Source: Deinococcales bacterium (GTDB taxonomy: Bacteria > Deinococcota > Deinococci > Deinococcales > JAAFIG01). From it: DNA of 37,407 bases. The position numbers and the translations under genes are program-made. The DNA lies in NCBI GenBank assembly GCA_043730305.1, contig JAYTKL010000400.1:1-37407 (forward strand), in the 5' to 3' direction. Under the pieces are notes generated by a model, which saw only the letters and a program-made list of their open reading frames with translations, did not search any database and had not been told where the DNA came from. Of the stretch, positions 1-7,330 are shown one piece after another; the stretch's first letter is position 1; every line of letters starts with the position of its first letter.

Positions 1-366
1 CTTTTCAGCATTCGGATACTCCTCGTCGGATAAGTGTTTCAAGAATCCTGCGAAATCCAAACTCGTGCGCCGATCCGTAATCTTCACGCTTCGTTTGCCT
101 GCCAGTGGTTCGAGCGCCATGAAGATGTTCGCACTGCCTTCACGTTGGTACTCGTAATCCTCGCGTTCAACCTGACCTGGTTGAGCGGGGATACTGCCTC
201 TGGGTGTGCTTCGCAGTTCCTTTTTCCCTTCATCTACGCACACCACAGGTTTTCTCGCATCGAAGGGGCGTGCGTACACCTCGAGTACATCCTCCATTTT
301 GGCTACGAAATTCGCGCTCGCTTTGGGGATGCAGTACCGTTTGATTCTCCACGGTTTGATCTCGTT
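1..366 (-). CDS. IS630-family transposase, DDE catalytic part (-1 frame relative to OrfA), truncated by the window edge
   Basis: My translation of the minus strand from 366 gives NEIKPWRIKRYCIPKASANFVAKMEDVLEVYARPFDARKPVVCVDEGKKEL...YEYQREGSANIFMALEPLAGKRSVKITDRRTSLDFAGFLKHLSDEEYPNAEK. It is open to position 1 and joins OrfA as ...RLKK|NEIKPW by a -1 shift. Confidence 0.8.
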
Positions 367-797
367 TTTTTCAGACGATCCCCCAGCGTGCTACGCCCCA
401 CACTAGGCAACCAACCTTCAGCGATCACATGCTTTTTCAACAGTGAAAGCGTCCAACGAGCCGCGCCTTTAGGAGGTTCACTACAGGCGAGCAGTGCGAT
501 CTTAGCTTCGATTTCACCAGTGATTTTTGGGATTGCCCCAGGACGTGGTTTCTCCTCGAGAGCCTCTGTTAAACCTTGGTTGGCATAACGGTTGCAGATT
601 CGGGAGACTGTCGGGATGCTGGTTTGGCTGAGTTGCGCGATGTTGGCTCGAGTGTGTTTTTGACCTTGGCTTTGGTCGGCGAGGAGCAGGATTTTAGCTC
701 GGGTGATGACCCTGGCTTTGTTGCTGCCGCTTCGACTCAGTTTTTCGAGATGTTGGCGGTGATCGATGGGGAGGTTGATTCTGGCGGGTTTGCTCAT
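303..797 (-). CDS. IS630-family transposase, N-terminal HTH/winged-helix part (OrfA frame)
   Basis: 164-aa ORF. The strings KARVITRAKILLLADQ...IAQLSQTSIPTVSRICNRYANQG...EEKPRPG...KIALLACSEPP...RWTLSLL are typical of the IS630 N-terminal DNA-binding region. This frame ends 20 codons after an A7 run. Confidence 0.85.
   Translation of the reverse strand: MSKPARINLPIDHRQHLEKLSRSGSNKARVITRAKILLLADQSQGQKHTRANIAQLSQTSIPTVSRICNRYANQGLTEALEEKPRPGAIPKITGEIEAKIALLACSEPPKGAARWTLSLLKKHVIAEGWLPSVGRSTLGDRLKKTRSNRGESNGTASPKRARIS
365..371 (-). other. A7 slippery run (T7 on the plus strand): candidate -1 programmed frameshift site, or a 1-nt indel
   Basis: Minus strand reads cgt ctg aaa aaa acg. Re-reading one A gives aac gag atc aaa ccg tgg, which continues the transposase frame. 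Confidence 0.6.
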
Positions 798-810
798 GCT
801 TTAAAGCTTA

Positions 811-2352
811 TCAAATCCAACTGGATACAGCACTAAGTTCATTGCCATCGGCTGTAACAATCCGTACCTCTGCGAACGAATCTCGAGTTGTGTCTAGAAC
901 CAAGTTAGATAAACTCACCCGAATCGGTTGGTCTATCGATAAAGAGTTCAAAGAGCTGCGTGGGATTTGAACAGCAACCGAACTACCACTTACCGTTTCG
1001 TGATCTTCTGGTGCTGCAAACAAAGGCGTACTGAATTTGGCTAGGGAAACGGAGGCATTTTGATTCAGTGCCCCGCTGTCGGCATTGAGTTGCACACTGT
1101 TGTCCCCAGTCGTCACTGAGCCACTTCCACCAACATTCAGTATGGCAACTCCCACACTTGCAGGGGCTTGCAAACTCAATCCCAAAGTGCTGCTTTTGCT
1201 AGAATCATCGCGCAGAATGGCTGTGATAACCACGCTGGCTGTTGTCGCCACATCTGGTGCACAAAACGTTACCGTTGTTCCTGTCTGATTGCTCAATGCC
1301 CCCTGTCCTGTCATGCTCCAAATCACACCACTCCCTAGACTCCCGCCGTCGCTCGAGGCTGCCGTTAACGTGGTGCATTGGTTCGCTGGAATTACTCCTA
1401 TCGGGCTGTCAATCCTGAATGCCAGCGTCTGTGATGGAATGTAATACTGCGGGGCGCTGCTGACTCGAGCATTCGTCAAGCGCAGGTTCGTCACCCCAGG
1501 CACAGTGTCTGTATCCGCTCCGATCAACACCGCTTCGGTGGCGTTCACCGCTTGCGCTCGAGCCGTGACTTGCGCCGTAGTTTCTTCTATACTGCGCGTC
1601 ACGCGAATGTTGGGTTCGTCCACCAGCAAGTAGGTCATTTGGAAACGGTATGGATTCTCGAGCGCATTGGTTGGTTTGGGCATCCGCAATGCCAATGTCA
1701 CTTGACCCGTGCCACTGGGGGCGATGGCTCGTCCACCCGTATTGTTGCGTGCCACAAAACCGTATTCGAGCACGTCATCGAGTTGTTGCAGCAAGCCAGC
1801 TTGTTTGGCAGAATCCTCGACGGCTTGCGTTTCCAGATCGCTAAACGCTTGAAAATCCGCCTTGCTCGGGTCAACCTCGAGCGTCGTGCCGTTGACTTTG
1901 ATGCCGTGCATCGGGCGCACACTCTGGGCTATTGCGGGGTTGGTGATCGCTTGCCCATTCAGGTTCTCGAGGCTCAGGAAGGGGGTCAGTCCCAGTCCTT
2001 TACCGGCGAAGTTGACGCCGATCAGGTTGAGGTTGCTGATTGCGTTGGTGCTGGTGTTGGCAACCTCGAAGGTCGCCCAGGCGTACCTAGAGTTTGTGCC
2101 GTCGTCGTCAAAAGCCCCCGTGAATTTTCGGACGAAGTTGATGCTGACGTTAAAATCACGACCTTGCCGACTCGAGGTGGGTTTGAACGGTGTGACGGTG
2201 GCTTTCGCGGAGTTCCCATCGAATTGCACCGTGACCGTGCCAAGCAATTTGCCTTTAAAGTTTTCTGGTCTGGGTGTTGGTGCTTGCCCACAGGCACTGA
2301 GCAATCCGAGAAGGGCAACGGCAGTGGTGGTGGCGATGCGCTGTGCGTTCAT
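811..2352 (-). CDS. Secreted lipoprotein of unknown function with Ig-like repeats; paralogue of the N-terminal part of 24395..28090; 3' end abuts the IS630 element
   Basis: The internal ATG at 2352 is preceded by AAGGAG. The N-terminus MNAQRIATTTAVALLGLLSAC has a lipobox. About 270 aa align by eye with 24395..28090 (VTRS.EETTAQ, LIG.DTDTV, VDP..AD.QA, F.V.RN..GGR..AP..TG.VT.A). The 127-codon upstream extension of the ORF has no RBS and was rejected. Confidence 0.75.
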   Translation of the reverse strand: MNAQRIATTTAVALLGLLSACGQAPTPRPENFKGKLLGTVTVQFDGNSAKATVTPFKPTSSRQGRDFNVSINFVRKFTGAFDDDGTNSRYAWATFEVANTSTNAISNLNLIGVNFAGKGLGLTPFLSLENLNGQAITNPAIAQSVRPMHGIKVNGTTLEVDPSKADFQAFSDLETQAVEDSAKQAGLLQQLDDVLEYGFVARNNTGGRAIAPSGTGQVTLALRMPKPTNALENPYRFQMTYLLVDEPNIRVTRSIEETTAQVTARAQAVNATEAVLIGADTDTVPGVTNLRLTNARVSSAPQYYIPSQTLAFRIDSPIGVIPANQCTTLTAASSDGGSLGSGVIWSMTGQGALSNQTGTTVTFCAPDVATTASVVITAILRDDSSKSSTLGLSLQAPASVGVAILNVGGSGSVTTGDNSVQLNADSGALNQNASVSLAKFSTPLFAAPEDHETVSGSSVAVQIPRSSLNSLSIDQPIRVSLSNLVLDTTRDSFAEVRIVTADGNELSAVSSWI

Positions 2353-2683
2353 GGGAACTCCTTTGGTAGGCGCTCGAGGCGCGAGTATTGCGTTGGTCAG
2401 AGGGTGTCGGGTTGGTTCAGGTTGCCGAATGGTGGGGAAATACCGCAGGTGGTTGTGATGTAGTTGTGAATCTCGAGTTTTGGGGTTTGATATTGTTGAA
2501 AAGGCATGTCTGCTATCGGTAGATTTGGGGCTATTCTGTTGTGGTCTTGTACGTTTTTTAGATCGCCTGTTTGGATCAGCGACAATTGGGTATCCATAAC
2601 ATCCCCCATCATTCTCATTGGTACAATGATGTCTGAGATTAGCAGATTTTTTCGGAGTAAACCTTAACTTGATACGATTGCAC

Positions 2684-4282
2684 TCAGCTTTGTTGCCAAA
2701 TGGCTTCAGGGTCAAGCCAGAATTCGTACCCATCTGACCGAATACTTTCTGGATACTCGAGCGTCTGCCGCAACTTTGCGATGACTTTGGACATCAACTC
2801 CCCAAATGAAGATTCGACGTTGAGGATTTTTTCTTCAACCAAAATGGCGTATGCTAATTCGTTGGCGGTCACCCGTGTGTTTTGGGCATTCAGAAGATAT
2901 TGCAAGGCTTTAATTTGTTGTGAATCACCAACTTTGGCAAGCTGTCGCCCGTTGATAAAAATCTGTGGTTTTGGGTGTTTCACAAAACGAATCACGAATT
3001 GTTCAGGATAAGACAAAACTTGAACGCGCAAGCCTTTTTGACCCAACAAAATAAACAGCGCTGGGAATTGTGCCGCCTCTTCCCGAACCACCCGAGTCTC
3101 GAGTGGCAACTCAAGCAGCTTTTCTAGTGCTTGCGTCTCGAGCTTTTCTTGTCGAATCAGTTCGGCTTCAAGAATTGATTTCAAATGCACATCCGCCCCA
3201 AAGACCCGTGTCACCTGATTGAGTGAGTGTGTTGCCTGTTTGTTTTGCTCGAGTTTCAGATACGCAGCAGCCAACTCAAGCCAGAAATCACTGGGGTTGT
3301 TCGGGTTTTTCTTTAGGGTTTCCTCGAGCAGTTGTTTCGCTTCCAGAGAACGCCCAGCCAAGCGATGGGTTCGTGCCAAGTTCAACAAAATTTGGTATTG
3401 CTCGAGCGAATCATTGATTTCGATGGCGGCTTTTTGTGCTCGCCTGTAAAACTCGAGCGCAATGTACCACTCGCCTTGAAATCGTCTGAATGCGGCAACA
3501 CCCGCCAAGGCTTTGGCTCTGAGCGGTTTGCCTTCGGATTTGAAGGTTTCAGCAAGGGATTGTAAAAAGTAGTGCTCTGCCAGTGGGTCACATTCGCGCA
3601 ACAGGTTTAAACCGATTTGGTAGTTGATCCAAGCTGTGTGATACGTATCTTCTTTAAGGTATGCCAGTGCCTCGAGCGCCAGGTCTTTGGCTTTTTGGGT
3701 GCGATGCTCGGAATACAAGCAAGTTGTGGCATTGAGGAGCGCCAATCCCAAAGGGTGTCCTTGCAAATGTGATTGAGCCTCGAGCAAGTGATGCTCCCAA
3801 GGTTCGTGTAAACGATGTGAAGCCCAGAGCAAACGTTGATGTGCCAAACCAAGCCAGTAGCCGTTCAATTTTGGCAGGACAGCATACAGAGAAGCTTTTG
3901 TCTCGAGATACCGCCCAGCGCAAATCAGCACAAAACCTTCTAACACCTGCAATTCAGGCTCGAGTTCTCCAGATTGTTCGAGACAACTTTTTAACCATCG
4001 CTCGAGTTCAATTTCGTCCTGACACCCCGCGAGAATACGCCCGATCAGAATGCGCCACGGGGTTTGCTCGAGAAACGCAATCGGTTCAACAGTAAATACT
4101 TTGCCGCCCTGTTGTTGGGGTTGCTCCCAGATTTGCCGCAACACCCGCCAATCTCGAGCTTGACGGATGTTGTCGGCAGCGCTTTGCAGCACGTTAAGGG
4201 CTTCGGGAAGGTGGTTTCGGTCTAGCATGTACCGCACCGCATCACGAATTTTGCTGGGATGGGCGCGGCTCATGCTCGGCAT
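2684..4282 (-). CDS. TPR-repeat regulator with a C-terminal OmpR/PhoB-type winged-helix DNA-binding domain
   Basis: 532 aa. The helical-repeat body carries TPR-like strings (YHTAWINYQIGLNLL, WYIALEFYRRAQKAA, LELAAAYLKLEQN). The C-terminus INGRQL...IKALQYLLNAQNTRVTANELAYAI...VIAKLRQTL...IRSDGYEFWL fits the Trans_reg_C pattern. Confidence 0.6.
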   Translation of the reverse strand: MPSMSRAHPSKIRDAVRYMLDRNHLPEALNVLQSAADNIRQARDWRVLRQIWEQPQQQGGKVFTVEPIAFLEQTPWRILIGRILAGCQDEIELERWLKSCLEQSGELEPELQVLEGFVLICAGRYLETKASLYAVLPKLNGYWLGLAHQRLLWASHRLHEPWEHHLLEAQSHLQGHPLGLALLNATTCLYSEHRTQKAKDLALEALAYLKEDTYHTAWINYQIGLNLLRECDPLAEHYFLQSLAETFKSEGKPLRAKALAGVAAFRRFQGEWYIALEFYRRAQKAAIEINDSLEQYQILLNLARTHRLAGRSLEAKQLLEETLKKNPNNPSDFWLELAAAYLKLEQNKQATHSLNQVTRVFGADVHLKSILEAELIRQEKLETQALEKLLELPLETRVVREEAAQFPALFILLGQKGLRVQVLSYPEQFVIRFVKHPKPQIFINGRQLAKVGDSQQIKALQYLLNAQNTRVTANELAYAILVEEKILNVESSFGELMSKVIAKLRQTLEYPESIRSDGYEFWLDPEAIWQQS

Positions 4283-4300
4283 CCTAGCAGAGGGTTTGGT

Positions 4301-4477
4301 TTAACCCCCAGTCGGTTTGGTGCCACTGCCGCCGTCATCCGCGAGCAGGTTGGGCGGACTATACGTTGGTTTGCTCGAGGCGCTCTGATTGGAAACCGAT
4401 TGGGTGTTGGTCAAGCCGAGCCATGCCAGCATGAGTGCCGCAATGACCCGACCCAGCCGCTGTGCGGTGGGCTTCAT
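4301..4477 (-). CDS. Small secreted peptide precursor (58 aa), hypothetical
   Basis: Absent from the ORF track (under 60 aa). ATG at 4477 is preceded by GGAGAG. My translation is MKPTAQRLGRVIAALMLAWLGLTNTQSVSNQSASSKPTYSPPNLLADDGGSGTKPTGG, a Sec-type signal followed by a polar Pro/Gly/Ser tail. Its stop lies 18 nt before the start of the TPR regulator. Confidence 0.4.
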   Translation of the reverse strand: MKPTAQRLGRVIAALMLAWLGLTNTQSVSNQSASSKPTYSPPNLLADDGGSGTKPTGG

Positions 4478-4650
4478 GTCTCTCTCCTTCGACTCGAGAT
4501 TTAGAACCTCGAGTGCAGTGACAAGCGACCCGCGCCAGGTCAGTTGTCAGTGCTACAGGTACGCGGTTTTCGCGTGGCATGCCTGCCTGTAACGAAAGAG
4601 AGCTTAGGGGAATTCCCCAAACGGATCATCGGTAAAATTACGGGGTCACT

Positions 4651-7176
4651 CTAAATGAATGGTTCGATCAAGCCAAATTCTTGGGCTTTCAAAACCAATT
4701 CGGTGCGATTGTCAGGATTAAAAATGCTAAAAAGATCACTCATATGATCATTTACTGTTCTTGGAGCAATACCAAGTTCTTTGGCAATTCGTTTGTCTGA
4801 AAAACCTCGAGCGACCAAACGAAGTACATCCAGTTGTCGAGCAGTAACAATTGGAATGTTTGATGGTGAATTTGAAGCCAGTTGTCTTGCAATTGAAAGC
4901 AAGAATCTTCGTTGCGTATCCGGATTACTGTTAAAAACACCACTGCCCCGCAACTTTTTTGGCGATCTTGTCTCTGCAAGAATCTTGTCACATTCGGCTT
5001 GAAAAGAATTTAATTCTTCCTGGTAACGAACCAACCCAGTAGCTTTCACGCTGACAATTGTTTTGTACCACCCAATCAATTGAAGCCCAAGCAATGCGCT
5101 TTGGACACTTGAGGACTTTGTCAGGCAATCAAGCAAGAAAGCGAATACTTCGCGAATACGATCAGGGCTGCCGTAAGCCACGGCAGAATTTATGGCTTGA
5201 ACCCACATCTCGATAGCAACCTTGACTTGCCCCATTTGGGCATAAGCAACGCCTGTGCCAACAATTGCCTTATTATGCTCCTCAGAGTTTAGTATTGGTT
5301 CCGTTTTTAACAATCCAGCGTAGTGTAACAAGGCTTCTCGAGGGTTATCGGTCTCTAAACAAATATTGCCTAACGCCAATTGTGACAGGCGTTGACCTTC
5401 AACATCTCCCAAATGTTGAAATAAAGAAAACGCTTCGGAAACCAAAGGCATTGCTCGGGATGTTTGTTGCTCTAATACCAACGCAACTCCAAAATTTAAC
5501 GCCGCAAATGCAATTTCAAATGGTTTGTCTTGTTGACGCAAAATGATTAGCCTTTGCTCAAAGAGTTCCAGGGCACGATCCACTTGCCCAGTTGAATAGA
5601 GGGCAATTGCCAGAGAGTTAAGCGCAACACTCAGACCATATTCATTGTTTGATTGCCGTTCAAGCTGAAAGCATTCTTCAAGTAAGGGAATTGCTTCTGC
5701 GTGACGGTTATTATCGTTTAGGAGCGCTGCTAAGTTTTGCAACCCAAGCGCCAGATGTTCACTTGAGTTTTGCCTTGCAAGCGCAATGGTATCAACAAAG
5801 CGTTGTATTGATCGATCTTCCAAACCAAGTTCATGTTCACTTTCTGCCAAGTAGAACTGCGCCAAAATCCAATCGCTTACTTTGTTTAAAGAAGGAAATT
5901 TTTCTAGCATTGTCAGCCAAAATGCTGCTTCACGATAGTTTGCTTCAACCATCCAAAATAAGTACATCAATCGAACCAGTGTAAGTGCTAAACGAACCAA
6001 CAAAGTCTGTTGACCTCTAAGTTTTTTGATTCGTTCAAGTGCGAAATTGGCTTCTGGAAGTAAAGCTCTGACCGCTTCAACAGCGTGCGGTTCCACAGAA
6101 ATCAAAGCCTCCTGGACTTGAGACAAGCGATGGACCACCCACTGCGTGTGTCTTCGCTCAAAAGCATGAACTTCTGCCGACGATAACAATCCTCGCATCG
6201 TGCTTTGAATGGGCACATGCCAAGCAAAACGAGGTTCCGAGGTTAGGTTGGCTGATCGCAATTGAAGTAAATTTTTAGAAACCAAACTGAGTAAACAACG
6301 TGCCACGGTTGATGCGACCCAGGATTTTCCTAGCACCCATCGACAGTCTTCAAGAGAGAATTCAATGTTGAACATCGTGGCATGTTCGAGTACCTCGAGT
6401 TCATCGTCTTCAAGCAACTTACAACTCCAAGCCAAAGCGCTTAGATAATCCACGTGTAAAGCCTCACTCTTGCTGCGATGTCGAAGCTCTGCCGTAGCAC
6501 CCAAATCTACGAGGTGAGCGATGGTTTCAAGACCTGCTTGACCCGCATGACCTGCCAGCAATTCGATCAGCAACGGGATTCCAGCAGAGAAGTTGAGAAG
6601 CCGTTCGAGGAAGGGATTATTGAAATCCAAATCATGTCTTTCAATCCAGTAGGAAACCATTGCCGTTGCGGAGGCGTGAGAAGTAGTTTGGCGATCATGA
6701 ATATCAAAAGGTTGCAAAAGATGCTTGATTTCGCCACCGATCTCGAGTGGTTCACGGCTGGTCACAAGAACGTGCAACTTGGCAAATTGAAATTTGGTCA
6801 AAAAAGATCGAACCTCTGCCCGAATGTGTTCGGCATTGTCCAAAGCGAGGACATAACCATCCAAAGCTTCAGCCAGCCTCACAAGCTCTAAGTCTTCTTC
6901 TAAAACAATTTTGAAGGGAGCAGCAACTTGCTCGAGGAGCTGCAATTCGGAGAAACAACCACGCAAATCAACCAGCAAATACGGCGAAGATTTTTGCGAA
7001 AGCCATTCGTCTAGCAAGCGAGTTTTCCCAACACCGGGTACACCCGTTATTGTAAATAATCCTGACGAATTCTCTTGGTACCATCGATCAAGCATTTTGA
7101 AATCATCTTGACGACCAACAAACGGAGTTCGCCGATGGTGACTTGACAACTGAGTTACAGAACTACGGTCTGTCAC
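4651..7176 (-). CDS. STAND-type ATPase + TPR regulator with a C-terminal LuxR/GerE HTH (MalT-like architecture)
   Basis: 841 aa. The N-terminal P-loop is FTITGVPGVGKTRLL with Walker-B-like YVLALDNAEH. The middle is TPR-like and helical. The C-terminus TARQLDVLRLVARGFSDKRIAKELGIAPRTVNDHMSDLF is a LuxR-type HTH. The DNA is AT-richer and poorer in CTCGAG than its neighbours. Confidence 0.8.
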   Translation of the reverse strand: MTDRSSVTQLSSHHRRTPFVGRQDDFKMLDRWYQENSSGLFTITGVPGVGKTRLLDEWLSQKSSPYLLVDLRGCFSELQLLEQVAAPFKIVLEEDLELVRLAEALDGYVLALDNAEHIRAEVRSFLTKFQFAKLHVLVTSREPLEIGGEIKHLLQPFDIHDRQTTSHASATAMVSYWIERHDLDFNNPFLERLLNFSAGIPLLIELLAGHAGQAGLETIAHLVDLGATAELRHRSKSEALHVDYLSALAWSCKLLEDDELEVLEHATMFNIEFSLEDCRWVLGKSWVASTVARCLLSLVSKNLLQLRSANLTSEPRFAWHVPIQSTMRGLLSSAEVHAFERRHTQWVVHRLSQVQEALISVEPHAVEAVRALLPEANFALERIKKLRGQQTLLVRLALTLVRLMYLFWMVEANYREAAFWLTMLEKFPSLNKVSDWILAQFYLAESEHELGLEDRSIQRFVDTIALARQNSSEHLALGLQNLAALLNDNNRHAEAIPLLEECFQLERQSNNEYGLSVALNSLAIALYSTGQVDRALELFEQRLIILRQQDKPFEIAFAALNFGVALVLEQQTSRAMPLVSEAFSLFQHLGDVEGQRLSQLALGNICLETDNPREALLHYAGLLKTEPILNSEEHNKAIVGTGVAYAQMGQVKVAIEMWVQAINSAVAYGSPDRIREVFAFLLDCLTKSSSVQSALLGLQLIGWYKTIVSVKATGLVRYQEELNSFQAECDKILAETRSPKKLRGSGVFNSNPDTQRRFLLSIARQLASNSPSNIPIVTARQLDVLRLVARGFSDKRIAKELGIAPRTVNDHMSDLFSIFNPDNRTELVLKAQEFGLIEPFI

Positions 7177-7330
7177 AATGTGTCATTTTACGAGTAATTC
7201 TGGGTCAGGTGGACCAAATCTCGTCCAGTTCATAACAGCTTATCCAACTACATTATCCGATACCTGCCCTAGGTGTATAAATCCAAAAACGTTTTTCGGC
7301 ACGATATTCGACACCCTCTCAAGTAAGCCA

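Larger units (their letters stand above)
1..810 (-). mobile_element. IS630-family insertion sequence, partial (continues beyond the left window edge; right boundary approximate)
   Basis: Carries a two-frame IS630/Tc1-mariner-type transposase (HTH part 303..797, DDE part 1..366). Only one IS end lies in the window, so no terminal inverted repeat could be defined. Confidence 0.7.

Noticed and set aside
34-588. 184-aa plus-strand ORF at the left edge.
   Set aside because: It is antisense to the IS630 transposase, whose two frames give clearly recognisable transposase sequence. It has no motif or RBS of its own.
1552-2463. Long antisense ORFs overlapping real genes, for example 1552..2463(+), 7664..8449(+), 25483..26013(-), 26198..26953(-), 31862..32350(-) and 35844..36323(-).
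   Set aside because: They lie opposite ORFs with clear domain content, lack an RBS and have Arg/Ser/Pro/Cys-rich antisense-type composition. They carry no recognisable motifs. I treat them as shadow ORFs of GC-rich coding DNA.
2353-2733. 127-codon N-terminal extension of the 811..2733 ORF.
   Set aside because: The extension has no RBS at 2733, is low-complexity and basic, and overlaps the stop of the upstream gene. The internal ATG at 2352 has AAGGAG and starts a textbook lipoprotein signal peptide.
4607-4618. Palindrome GGGGAATTCCCC downstream of the LuxR-type gene as a terminator.
   Set aside because: At most a 4-bp stem can form around a 4-nt loop, and no T-tract follows on the relevant strand. 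It is too weak to call.
7277-7300. The A/T palindrome CCAAAAACGTTTTTCGG between the SARP and LuxR-type genes as a terminator.
   Set aside because: The stem is almost entirely A-T with no proper loop, so the predicted stability is low. I treat it as chance in AT-rich spacer DNA.
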